Positions 29,017 through 38,269 of a DNA stretch of 64,000 nucleotides are shown here, piece after piece. Position 1 is the stretch's first letter; each line of letters begins with the position of its first letter. Location: positions 1 through 64,000 of the forward strand of contig JBBRNJ010000022.1 in the NCBI GenBank assembly GCA_038230375.1, given 5' to 3'. Made by a program: the position numbers and the translations under genes. Below the pieces are notes generated by a model, which worked only from the letters and a program-made list of their open reading frames with translations, was not told where the DNA came from and searched no databases. The DNA comes from Polyangiales bacterium. GTDB lineage: Bacteria > Myxococcota_A > Polyangia > Polyangiales > Polyangiaceae.

Positions 29017-31025
29017 GCAACCTCCTCGTCCCCCGCTCCGACGTGGGCGAGTTCCGGCGCCGCTACCGGTGGATGGCGCTCGTCGCGGCCCTGGCGTTTT
29101 TGGGCGTGCTCATTCGCCTGTTCCAGCTACAGATCGTGAAGGGCCACAGCTACGCGCAGATCGCGCACGAGAACATCATCCGGCGCGTCACCACGCAGAC
29201 CACCCGCGGCGTCATCCGCGACGCACAAGGCCGCGTACTCGCGTCGAGCCGCCCGGGATACAACGTGTATCTGGTCCCTGGGCGCGTGATGCCCAGCGCG
29301 CGCCCGGTGCGCCGCGGCGTGAGCCTGGACGATCGCGACACGTTCCCGCGCATCGCGGAGGCGCTGCGTCTGAACCCGGACGAACGCGCGCGCATCACCG
29401 AGAGCATCCGCAACGCGTGCGTCACCGACGAGGACCGCTCGCCGTGCTGGCGACCCATCCGCGTGCGCGAAGATCTCTCGCGCGACATCGTCGCGGAGCT
29501 GAAGCAGCACGCGCAGGAGACGGCGGGCGCGGAGATCATCCAGCTGCCCGTCCGCTACTACCCGTTCAAGAACCTCGGTGCGCACATGCTCGGGTACGTC
29601 GCCGAGATCGACGGCGAGACACTGAAGCGCTACCGACCCGAGGGCTGGGAGGACCTCCTCCCGGAGGAGCGCCAGAAGGTGAACCCCATGGGCTACGAGC
29701 CCGGCGACATCCTGGGCGCCACCGGCATCGAGCGCGCGTGGGAGAGCTACCTGCGCGGGCAGCGCGGCTGGGAGAAGCGCGTGGTGGATGCGCGCGGTCG
29801 CTACCGCAGCGGACCCGACGAGGAGCGCCTCCTCGACCAGCCCACGCGTCAGGATCCGATTCCCGGCCGCGATCTCCGCCTCACCGTCGACATGGAGCTC
29901 ATGCAGTCGATCGAGAAGGCCATGCGTCAGCACGAGGCCGGCGCGGTGGTCGTGGTCGACGTCCGCACCGGCCGCCTTCTCGCGCTGTACAGCAAGCCCG
30001 ACTACGACGAGAACGATCTGGCCGGCGGCGGCGGACGCGAGCGCATCAGCGACACGTTCAGCGCGCTCTACAAGAACGACGAGCGTCCGCTGCTCGACAA
30101 GACCATGAGCGGCGCGTTCCAGCCCGGCTCCACGTTCAAGCCGTTCTCCGCGCTCGCGGCGCTCGAAGAGCACCTCATCGACCCGGAAGAGACGGAGCGC
30201 TGCGACGGCATTCGCTTCGAATACAAGCGCGTCTTCCACTGCACGCACGTGCACGGCAAGGTCAACATGCGCGGCGCCATCGCGCAGAGCTGCAACCTCT
30301 ACTTCTTCACGCTGGCGGAGTCCGTGGGCATGGATCGCATCGCCCGCGTGGCGAGTGAGTTCGGTCTTGGGCAGAAGACGGGCCTTGGCATCAATCCGGA
30401 GTCCGCGGGGCGCATCCCCACGCGGGCGTGGTACGCGCTGCGCAACAAGGGACAGTTCGTGAAGGGCTTCACCTTCAACATGTCCATCGGTCAGGGCGCT
30501 ACCACCGTCACGCCGCTGCAGCTCGCGCTCGCATATGCGGCCATCGCGAACGGTGGCACGGTGTACATGCCGGAGGTGGTGCGCGCCGTCGAGACCAGTG
30601 ATGGCGCCGTTGTGCAGGACTTTCCACCACGCGTCCGCCAGAAGGCGAAGATCCAGCCGGAGAACCTGTCGCGCGTGGCCGACGCGCTTGCCGCCGTCGT
30701 CAACGACGAGAAGGGTACGGCATACCCGGTGCGCGACGCCTCGCTCGAAGTGGCCGGCAAGACGGGCACCGCGCAGACCGGCTACGTCACGACCGCCAAG
30801 GACGATCCGAAGCGCGCCTGGTACTTCGAGCGCGACCACGCGTGGTTCGCCGCGTTCGCGCCGATCAAGTCACCCGAGATCGCCGTCATCGTGCTCGTGG
30901 AGCACGGCGGCTCTGGCCCCACGCAGGCAGCGCCCGTCGCCATGCAGATCGTGAAGGACTACCAGCGCATCCAGCGCGAGCAGAAGGCGCCTCCCACCGC
31001 GAAGAAGCCCGGGGCCACGCCATGA
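29013..31025 (+). CDS. mrdA: Penicillin-binding protein 2
   Basis: RLFQLQI, GSTFK (SxxK), SCN, KTGT, HAWF. Confidence 0.95.
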   Translation: MSNLLVPRSDVGEFRRRYRWMALVAALAFLGVLIRLFQLQIVKGHSYAQIAHENIIRRVTTQTTRGVIRDAQGRVLASSRPGYNVYLVPGRVMPSARPVRRGVSLDDRDTFPRIAEALRLNPDERARITESIRNACVTDEDRSPCWRPIRVREDLSRDIVAELKQHAQETAGAEIIQLPVRYYPFKNLGAHMLGYVAEIDGETLKRYRPEGWEDLLPEERQKVNPMGYEPGDILGATGIERAWESYLRGQRGWEKRVVDARGRYRSGPDEERLLDQPTRQDPIPGRDLRLTVDMELMQSIEKAMRQHEAGAVVVVDVRTGRLLALYSKPDYDENDLAGGGGRERISDTFSALYKNDERPLLDKTMSGAFQPGSTFKPFSALAALEEHLIDPEETERCDGIRFEYKRVFHCTHVHGKVNMRGAIAQSCNLYFFTLAESVGMDRIARVASEFGLGQKTGLGINPESAGRIPTRAWYALRNKGQFVKGFTFNMSIGQGATTVTPLQLALAYAAIANGGTVYMPEVVRAVETSDGAVVQDFPPRVRQKAKIQPENLSRVADALAAVVNDEKGTAYPVRDASLEVAGKTGTAQTGYVTTAKDDPKRAWYFERDHAWFAAFAPIKSPEIAVIVLVEHGGSGPTQAAPVAMQIVKDYQRIQREQKAPPTAKKPGATP

Positions 31026-31041
31026 CGACGGGCGGGAAGTC

Positions 31042-32178
31042 ATGATGCGCGGGCTCTCCCGGCGGGACGCACGGCTCTTCGGTCGCGCACGCGAGCACTT
31101 CGACTGGGCGCTGTTCCTGTGCGCGTGCGTGCTCGCCGTCATCGGCGTCATCAATTTGTATTCTGCAACCAGTGTCTCGAAGGCCGCGCTGTCCGAGGTG
31201 TACATCCAGCAGGTGTACTGGCTCGTGCTCGGCGGCATCTTGGCCACCGTGGTCGCCGCCATCGACTACCGCCACTTCGAGCGCCTTGGATACGTGCTCT
31301 ACGGACTCGGCATCATCTTGCTCTTGCTCGTGTTCGTGCTCGGCAAGGACATCCGCGGGAGCTCGCGCTGGATCTACATAGGCAGCTTCAGCTTCCAGCC
31401 GAGCGAGTTCATGAAGCTGTTCCTGGTCATCGCGCTCGCGAAGTACCTCCACGACGATCCCAAGAGCGAAGGGCGCAAGCTCGTGGACCTGCTCATCCCC
31501 ACGATCATCGCGGCCGTGCCCATGGTCCTCATCCTGAAGCAGCCCGACCTGGGGACCGCGCTCATCCTTGGCCTCATCTTCGCCACCATCTGTCTGCTCA
31601 CGAAGATCCAGTGGCGCAGCGTCGTCACGCTCATCGTCTCGGCGGGCATCGCGCTGCCACTTGCGTGGAGCTACGTGCTGAAGGACTACCAGAAGAAGCG
31701 CATCACGGACTTCTTGAACCCGGATGCGAACATCCTGGGCTCCGGCTGGCACGCGCACCATGCGCGCATCGCCATCGGCGCGGGCGGCGTGGTTGGTGAA
31801 GGCTTCATGCGCGGCACGCAGAACCAGTATCTGTTCTTGCCTGACCAGCACTCGGACTTTCCGTTCGCGGTCTACGCAGAGGACTGGGGCTTCATCGGCT
31901 GCGTGCTGCTCGTGCTGCTCTACGCATTCCTTGTGCTGTGGTCGTTGCGCATCGCCGCGACCGCGAAGGATCGCTTCGGTGCGGTGCTCGCGGTTGGCGT
32001 GGGCGCGCTGATGTTCTGGCACGCGTTCTTCAACCTGGGCATGGTGACGGGCATTCTTCCCGTCGTTGGTGTCACGCTGCCGCTCTTCTCCGCAGGTGGC
32101 TCGAGCGTGCTCACGATCATGATCGGCATCGGGCTCTTGATGAACGTATCGATGCGACGCTTCTATCAATCGGGTTGA
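31042..32178 (+). CDS. rodA: Rod shape-determining SEDS protein RodA
   Basis: QPSEFMK, QPDLGTA, LPDQHSDF, GVTLPLFSAGGSS. Confidence 0.95.
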   Translation: MMRGLSRRDARLFGRAREHFDWALFLCACVLAVIGVINLYSATSVSKAALSEVYIQQVYWLVLGGILATVVAAIDYRHFERLGYVLYGLGIILLLLVFVLGKDIRGSSRWIYIGSFSFQPSEFMKLFLVIALAKYLHDDPKSEGRKLVDLLIPTIIAAVPMVLILKQPDLGTALILGLIFATICLLTKIQWRSVVTLIVSAGIALPLAWSYVLKDYQKKRITDFLNPDANILGSGWHAHHARIAIGAGGVVGEGFMRGTQNQYLFLPDQHSDFPFAVYAEDWGFIGCVLLVLLYAFLVLWSLRIAATAKDRFGAVLAVGVGALMFWHAFFNLGMVTGILPVVGVTLPLFSAGGSSVLTIMIGIGLLMNVSMRRFYQSG

Positions 32179-32372
32179 GTGCGGCGTGCCTGTGATCCGC
32201 CAGTGAGAGCGGACGCGTTGCGCTGAATCTAAGTCAATGTGTGCACGCGCTAACTGCACGATGACGCACTGCGATTGGTCACACAAACTCCCACAAATCG
32301 TAGTCTTTGTGGGGTCTCTAACCCTTGCCTGGGGAAGCGCCGATCCACTTTCTGCGGTAAGAGTACGCCCTC

Positions 32373-32828
32373 ATGCGAAACCCAGTTGCTGCACTCTTCG
32401 CTGTTGGTCTCATCACCGCCTTCGTCGCCTGCGCGAACGGCAGCTCTGATGATCCTTCCACTGACACCAACGGAACCGATCCGAACGTGGACTCGGGTGT
32501 TGGTACCCAGCCGGCGAACAACGGCGGTGGCGGCGATGGCAACAACAACAACACCACCGACTCCGGCAGCGGCGGCGGCAACACCGGCACGGACTCTGGC
32601 GGTGGCGGCACCGGCACGGACTCTGGCGGTGGCAGCACCGGTACGGACTCCGGTGGCGGCGGCACGACCATGGACCAGTGCGACACGAACCCGAACTCGA
32701 TCGCGGGCGCCGCATACACGTTCGCGTACACCAAGCTGGCGGACCCAACGGCGGTGCCGTGTCCGTGCGTGGTCGGCCAGTGCTGCTACGACAACCACGT
32801 CTGGCCGGCGGCCTGTCTGAAGAAGTAG
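32373..32828 (+). CDS. Small lipoprotein with TGTDSGGG repeats and Cys-rich C-terminus
   Basis: FVAC lipobox; 27-bp coding repeats around 32581-32665. Confidence 0.75.
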   Translation: MRNPVAALFAVGLITAFVACANGSSDDPSTDTNGTDPNVDSGVGTQPANNGGGGDGNNNNTTDSGSGGGNTGTDSGGGGTGTDSGGGSTGTDSGGGGTTMDQCDTNPNSIAGAAYTFAYTKLADPTAVPCPCVVGQCCYDNHVWPAACLKK

Positions 32829-32829
32829 G

Positions 32830-34032
32830 TCACTGAGCGAGGCGCAGGATGCCGACGAAAGAAGGCGCTTGTGCAATGAGGGCGCTGCCGGTGGCGGTGA
32901 GCGCGCCGTTCGTGTCGATGCGGAACGCGGTCACCGTGCCGGAGCCCTGGTTTGCTGCGTAGAGGAGCGCGCCGTCGGGCGTGAGCGTGAAGTCGCGCGG
33001 CGTCTTGCCGCCGGTCTTCGTGGGCGTTCCCTTCATCGTGAGCTTGCCGCTCGTTCCGTCGACGGAGAAGGTGGCGATGCTATCGTCGCCGCGGTTCGAA
33101 GCGAACACCCAGTTACCTGTAGGATGCACCCAGATTTCCGCGCCCGTGTTGCCGACGACAGCACCTGCGAGCGTGGACGTGGTGTCCACCGCGGAGAGGC
33201 GCCCCGTGGTCGCGTCGAACGAGAGCGTGGTGACGGTGCTCGCGTTCTCCGCGATCAGGTAGGCCCACTTTGCGTTCGGGTGGAACGCGAGATGGCGCGG
33301 ACCTGCGCCGGCTGCCGTTGCGAGCGTGGGAGTCGCATTCGGAGTGAGCGTGCCCTTCGCCACGTCGAACACGTACTGCGCGACGTAGTCCGCGCCCTTG
33401 CAAGGCACGAACACGAAGTGATTCGTAGGGTCGGCGATGATCATGTGCGCGTTGGCGCCAGCCATCTTCGAGCTCACAGCGGCGCCAAGCGAGCCATTGG
33501 CACCGACCGGAAGCACGGCGACCGTCCCGTCACCATAGTTCGCAACGAAGACCCACTTGCCAGTGGCGTCCACGGACAGATGCGCAGGTCCGTTCCCCGT
33601 CGACGACACGACACCAAGAAACGCGATCACGCCAGACTTCGGATCGATCCCGTAAGCCGCGACCCGCCCCGCGGTCGCCTCATCCAGAGCGTACAAGTTC
33701 GTCCCCGATCGATTCCAAGCGAGAAAAGAAGGGCTACTTCCGATCGAAGCCATCGACCCCTTCGCCGTCAACGAGCCACTGGACTCATCCAAGGAGAACC
33801 AAGAAATGTTCGGCCCATACCCGCTGACGTAAGCCACAAGAGGCCCCTTGGAAACAGAAGCGTCCACTACACCCCCATCGAAGCCCAACGAACCATCCAG
33901 ACGCAACCCAGCATCGCCCGACACGTCGCCACCGTCATTGACAGGAGCCAAAGCCCCCCCAGCCCCACCACAACCCACACCAACAGCCACGCCAAACAGA
34001 GCCAACCACGACAACGACGACGACCCCGACAT
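32830..34032 (-). CDS. Lactonase-family (6-phosphogluconolactonase-like) beta-propeller lipoprotein
   Basis: GPAHLSVD, VANYG, GPRHLAFHP, SNRG, PRDF; VGVGC lipobox. Start is one of several ATGs within the repeat. Confidence 0.88.
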   Translation of the reverse strand: MSGSSSLSWLALFGVAVGVGCGGAGGALAPVNDGGDVSGDAGLRLDGSLGFDGGVVDASVSKGPLVAYVSGYGPNISWFSLDESSGSLTAKGSMASIGSSPSFLAWNRSGTNLYALDEATAGRVAAYGIDPKSGVIAFLGVVSSTGNGPAHLSVDATGKWVFVANYGDGTVAVLPVGANGSLGAAVSSKMAGANAHMIIADPTNHFVFVPCKGADYVAQYVFDVAKGTLTPNATPTLATAAGAGPRHLAFHPNAKWAYLIAENASTVTTLSFDATTGRLSAVDTTSTLAGAVVGNTGAEIWVHPTGNWVFASNRGDDSIATFSVDGTSGKLTMKGTPTKTGGKTPRDFTLTPDGALLYAANQGSGTVTAFRIDTNGALTATGSALIAQAPSFVGILRLAQ

Positions 34033-34098
34033 CGACTTCGACATCGACATCGACATCGACATCGACGACGACCCCGGCCCTGACTCTGACCTAGACCC
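34016..34098 (+). repeat. Degenerate GACNNC hexamer tract, mostly GACATC
   Basis: gacccc gacatc gacttc (gacatc)4 gacgac gacccc ... gactct gaccta. Confidence 0.85.
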
Positions 34099-34172
34099 GA
34101 GCATCCACCCAGACCTCACCCGAAAACAAACGCCACGCAAACGCACCGTATTCACCGCGCAAGAACACGCGT

Positions 34173-34320
34173 CGTGAATGGGGCGGATCGGTGCGCCGGC
34201 GCCCGTCAGGCGAGGCTTCGAGCGAGCACGGAGCGGAACGTACACCGGTACGTGAGCACCGCGCGCAGCTCGAAGGCTCGCCTGACGGGATGCCAGCGCG
34301 TCGAGGCGCCCCCATTCACG
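34173..34320 (+). repeat. ~147-bp long-hairpin element, copy A
   Basis: 34173-34223 pairs with 34268-34320; core CGGAGCGGA-ACGTAC-ACCG-GTACGT-GAGCACC. Confidence 0.85.
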
Positions 34321-34972
34321 GTTTGGCGCCTTGGAGGACCATTAGGTGGAACTTGCCGAACTCGCTCTGACCGAGCGTGAACAGGATCTCCACGAGGAGG
34401 CGATACGGAGTGTCTGCGTCGGCGATGATGATCGCTTCGCTGGACGAGGGATCTTTGCCGGTCGCTTGCCGGATGATGCGGTCCTTCTCGCGCCAGCTCT
34501 GGAGGGCGTTTGCGAGCGGCACGATGTAGAGATCGTTCGGGCCGGAGCGCTTGTACTTGCCCTCGATGCCGTGTGTGGCGTCGGCGGGGACGGGCGCGAC
34601 CTGGTTGTCGTCCACGACGATGGCTGACTTCGAGATGAGCACCGGAAGACCATCCTGCGAGGCCTCCGTGGTGAGAGTGCTCTTCGGCATCGTCAGGTCC
34701 TTCGACTGCGGAAGCGACGCGGATGACTGGCTCATGCTCTTGAGCAAGAAGACGAGGATGATCGTCATCATGTCGAGCATGGCGGTGATGTTGAGGTAGT
34801 TGCCTTCGCCGGGCTCACCCGCGCGGCGCTTCTGGATGCGGAGCGCGCGCTTGAAGGTGGCCATGCCGGCCGGCTTGGTCGGCGCAGGCGGGGGACGGGG
34901 TCCGCCGGGAGGAGCACCGGGACCACCGGGACCACCGCCTGAGGCACCTGCTGCAGGATTCTGATTAGCCAT
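34316..34972 (-). CDS. ExbD/TolR-family protein
   Basis: LNITAMLDMMTIILVFLL with conserved Asp; IADADTPY. Confidence 0.9.
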   Translation of the reverse strand: MANQNPAAGASGGGPGGPGAPPGGPRPPPAPTKPAGMATFKRALRIQKRRAGEPGEGNYLNITAMLDMMTIILVFLLKSMSQSSASLPQSKDLTMPKSTLTTEASQDGLPVLISKSAIVVDDNQVAPVPADATHGIEGKYKRSGPNDLYIVPLANALQSWREKDRIIRQATGKDPSSSEAIIIADADTPYRLLVEILFTLGQSEFGKFHLMVLQGAKP

Positions 34973-35007
34973 GTGAGCTCATGAACCTTTGCGGGCTACT
35001 GCCTGCA

Positions 35008-35571
35008 CTACTTGGCCAAACCGAAGTTGACCTCGGGGAAGAGGTCGTCGCCCTTGTCGGTCTTGCGCAGCGCGTCCATCGCGCCGATCACCGCCGAATA
35101 CGGGATCTGCGGGTTCGCGCTGATGGTGACCTGCGTCTCGTCCTTGAATGCCTCGGACAGGCCCTTCAGCTTGGTCGCGCATGCGTTGAGCTGCGTGTAG
35201 TCGTACTCGTTGCCCTTCTTCGGCACCGCGAGGCCGGGGCCGGGGTCATTGCAGCCCGGGGCGATGTTGCCCCCGCGAGCCTTGATGCTGAACCCATCGG
35301 GGACGACGATGACGGTGAGCCCGAGGGTGGGGACCACGGGGCCCGCCTTCGCAGCACCACCCGCGCGCGGAGGGAACGTGTCGATGGTCGCGGTGAACGT
35401 CACGCTCACCGTCGCGAGCACGAACATGAGAACGTTCGTGACGATGTCGAGGAACGGAATGATGTTGAGCTCGCCGCCCTCTTCATCAGGGGCGAGCTCC
35501 TTCACCGCAGCAAGGCGACGGACCTTGCTCCGCTGCGCTGCCGTCAGCTTCTCTTTGACTTCTTCAGCCAT
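35008..35571 (-). CDS. ExbD/TolR-family protein
   Basis: ELNIIPFLDIVTNVLMF; IPYSAVIGAMDA. Confidence 0.9.
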   Translation of the reverse strand: MAEEVKEKLTAAQRSKVRRLAAVKELAPDEEGGELNIIPFLDIVTNVLMFVLATVSVTFTATIDTFPPRAGGAAKAGPVVPTLGLTVIVVPDGFSIKARGGNIAPGCNDPGPGLAVPKKGNEYDYTQLNACATKLKGLSEAFKDETQVTISANPQIPYSAVIGAMDALRKTDKGDDLFPEVNFGLAK

Positions 35572-35603
35572 GAGGGGTTCTTCAGACCTTCAGGTCAGGA
35601 AGC

Positions 35604-36296
35604 TCAGTAGCCGCCCGGACGCGTCTGGATGGAGAGCAGGTTGAAGACGCGCTCCATGGTGCCATCCAGATCGTGCTGAATGTTCTTCGCGCGCTGGTGC
35701 AGGATGAGGTGCGCGATCATGCACGTGACGGCGATCGCGAGACCGAGCGCCGTGTTGTACATGGCCTCGGCGATGCCGTTCGCGAGAACGCGCTGACGAT
35801 CCGCGGCGGAGAGGCCGGGAGCGGCAACTGCGCCGAACGTGTGGATCAGACCGTACACGGTGCCGAGAAGACCAAGCAGCGTGGCGATGTTCGCCAGCGA
35901 CCAGAGAGCGCCGATGCGCTTCTCGACCGCGGGCTTGAGCTCGCCGAGCTTCTCGCTCATGGCGGCGTCGATCTCGTCCGGGCCCTTGTTGGCGTGCGTG
36001 AGGCCAGCCTTCACGAGCTGGAGCGTGGGGTAGTCACCGCCGTCGCACAGCTTGATGGCGCGGTCGATGTTACCCGCGGTCACGAGCTTCTTGATCTGCG
36101 CGAAGAACTCCTTGGAGTTAACGCGATACTTGGTGAGCTGGAAGGCCGCACGCTCGATGATCATCGCGATCACGATGGCGCTGACGACGAGGTTGATGGA
36201 GAGGAACGTCGGGTTCTCCTTGAACGCCTCCATCAAGCCGCTGCTGCTTCCGCCGCTCGACGCAGACGTACCCGCGCTCAAAAGTGCAACGAACAT
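35604..36296 (-). CDS. MotA/TolQ/ExbB proton-channel protein
   Basis: ATLLGLLGTVYGLI, GIAEAMYNTALGL; AAGGAG RBS before ATG 36296. Confidence 0.92.
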   Translation of the reverse strand: MFVALLSAGTSASSGGSSSGLMEAFKENPTFLSINLVVSAIVIAMIIERAAFQLTKYRVNSKEFFAQIKKLVTAGNIDRAIKLCDGGDYPTLQLVKAGLTHANKGPDEIDAAMSEKLGELKPAVEKRIGALWSLANIATLLGLLGTVYGLIHTFGAVAAPGLSAADRQRVLANGIAEAMYNTALGLAIAVTCMIAHLILHQRAKNIQHDLDGTMERVFNLLSIQTRPGGY

Positions 36297-36442
36297 CCCC
36301 AACGCTCCTTTCTCAATCTCTTCATGACCAAATCGTTTGTGTGACCCGAGTCGCGTTAGCGGCCCCGGATCCATCGACTGCGTGCGCCCGAACAACAAGC
36401 GTCGACGTCGAAAAAGCTCGATGTACCGAGCGAGTGGGGACC

Positions 36443-36472
36443 ACGATACCGGGAGTGTTCTTTCAAAGTCAA
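36443..36472 (-). promoter_or_regulatory. Sigma70-like promoter for the leftward tolQ-tolR-tolR operon
   Basis: TTGACT-N18-TATCGT on the minus strand. Confidence 0.55.
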
Positions 36473-36548
36473 TGCTCGAACGGACACGGGCCACGAAGTC
36501 CTCTCTCTCCGTGCCCACGAACGAGAAAGGGCCGAGCCCACGCACGGC

Positions 36549-36806
36549 GACTTCGACCCTCCGACCCCGACCTTCCCACCCCGACCTCGACCTCGACCTC
36601 GACCTCGACCTCGACCTCGACTTCGACCTCGACCTCGACCTCGACCCCGACCCCGACCCCGACTTCGACCTCGACCTCCACCTCGACTTCGACCTCGACT
36701 TCGACCTCGACTTCGACCTCGACCTCGACCCTCGACCTCGACCTCGACCCCGACCCTCGACCTCGACTTCGACCCCGACCTCGACTTCGACCCCGCGACC
36801 TCGATT
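36549..36806 (+). repeat. Long GACCTC/GACTTC/GACCCC microsatellite, roughly 35-40 units
   Basis: Direct reading; lies in the divergent promoter region. Confidence 0.97.
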
Positions 36807-37263
36807 CCCCGTGACCCATTACTGAGGAGAGTGTTGGGCACCGACACGGGCATGTTCACGTTTTCGAGGGGGGACGCGATTCAGCTTGGGACTTGGCTTT
36901 TCTGTATTGTGCTTGGTACGATTGTGTGCTCGCGGGGTCCAGTGTCGCAGGAATCCCCGGCAAACCAGCGGAACTGTAAAACTTTAGCCTTACGCTAAAA
37001 GCGGATTCCGCCCAAAAAGCGCCCAAACTCTATTGACGGTGGGGGGTCCGAAGGGGGAAGCTGTCGCGCCCGCAAGGTTGAGGAGCCTCCCTCCTTATTT
37101 TGGGAGTCTCACTCCTTATGAAGCTTTGCCAGGGGCGATGAGTTCGGTTACTGGTTTCGGGTCTGATCTGGGGTTTACCTCTTTATTTTTTGCGTCACGA
37201 ATTCGGCCAGCAGCTTCCTCCAGCGTGTAGGAGCTCGCGGCGTCCTCTGAAGGAGACGGGTCA

Positions 37264-37923
37264 ATGTCATCTCTCTGGAAGCACTACACAGACGGCAAGT
37301 GGGGCATGCACATCATCCTGTTCTGGTCGATCGTGACCATCGGGATCATCATCGAGCGTGCGCTCTACCTGTACGGCTCGTCGATCAACAAGGACGTGTT
37401 CCTCGCTACGATGCAGAAGTGCATCCTCGCGGGCGACGTGGCCAAGGCCGTGAAGATGTGCAGCGCCGCGAACGCGCCGCTCGCGCGCATCGTGCAGGCC
37501 GGTCTCGTGAAGGTGAACCGCCCGGACGAAGAGGTCCAGGCCGCCATGGACGAAGCGGCTCTCCGTGAGATCCCGAAGCTCGCCAAGCGTACCAGCTACC
37601 TGGCGCTCCTCGCGAACCTCGCGATGCTCACCGGCCTCCTCGGAACCGTGTCTGGCCTCATCGCCAGCTTCGGCGCCGTCGCCGGAGAGTCAGTGGACGC
37701 GAGCCAGAAGGCCCGCATCCTCGCCGAAGGAATCTCCGAAGCCATGAACTGCACGGCCTTCGGTCTCATCGTCGCCCTCCTGGGCCTGATCGGCTTCGCC
37801 GTCCTCAACGGCAAGACCCAGCAGCTAGAAGACGACATCAACGAGGCCTCAGTCCAGGTCCTCAACCTGGTCGTAACCAACCGCCAGAAGGTCAACCTCA
37901 GCGGCATGCCCCAAGCGGCTTGA
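37264..37923 (+). CDS. MotA/TolQ/ExbB proton-channel protein (AglR-like)
   Basis: IIIERA, TGLLGTVSGLI, AEGISEAMNCTAFGL; AAGGAG RBS. Confidence 0.92.
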   Translation: MSSLWKHYTDGKWGMHIILFWSIVTIGIIIERALYLYGSSINKDVFLATMQKCILAGDVAKAVKMCSAANAPLARIVQAGLVKVNRPDEEVQAAMDEAALREIPKLAKRTSYLALLANLAMLTGLLGTVSGLIASFGAVAGESVDASQKARILAEGISEAMNCTAFGLIVALLGLIGFAVLNGKTQQLEDDINEASVQVLNLVVTNRQKVNLSGMPQAA

Positions 37924-37946
37924 TCCGCCGGCGTTCTTCGCCGACG

Positions 37947-38041
37947 GCTCACCTGCAGTACGTTCTTAGTGCTCACCTGCAGTACGTTCTTGGTGCTCAC
38001 CTGCAGTACGTTCTGGTGCTCAGCTGCAGTACGTTCTTAGT
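37947..38041. repeat. 4 x ~24-bp tandem repeat GCTCACCTGCAGTACGTTCTT(A/G)GT
   Basis: Units at 37947, 37971, 37995 (23 bp) and 38018; no spacers. Confidence 0.95.
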
Positions 38042-38122
38042 GTCTCTGGTGCGAGCGCAAGCAAGCACGCCGTTTCAAGTGCCGTAAGATCCCCGGCACG
38101 CTTCCTCTAGGGCGAGAAAGAA

Positions 38123-38269
38123 ATTTTTCGCCCTCGGTCAGGTCGAGGCTTCGAGCGAGGCCAAGGCGCGACTGAGGACCGCGCGGAGCGACCTCCCGGT
38201 CGTGAGCACGGACCGGAAGGAGCAACGCAGGGATCGCTCGAATGCTCGACCTGAACGAGGGCGAAAAAT
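38123..38269 (+). repeat. ~147-bp long-hairpin element, copy B
   Basis: 38123-38158 pairs with 38234-38269 (3 mismatches); core GCGGA-GCGACC-TCCC-GGTCGT-GAGCAC. Confidence 0.85.

Noticed and set aside
36284..36859. ORFs encoding TSTS, DLDL, RGRGR or VEVE tracts
   Set aside because: They are translations of the microsatellite in several frames.
37947..38041. CRISPR array
   Set aside because: Units are directly adjacent with no unique spacers, and there are no cas genes in the window.
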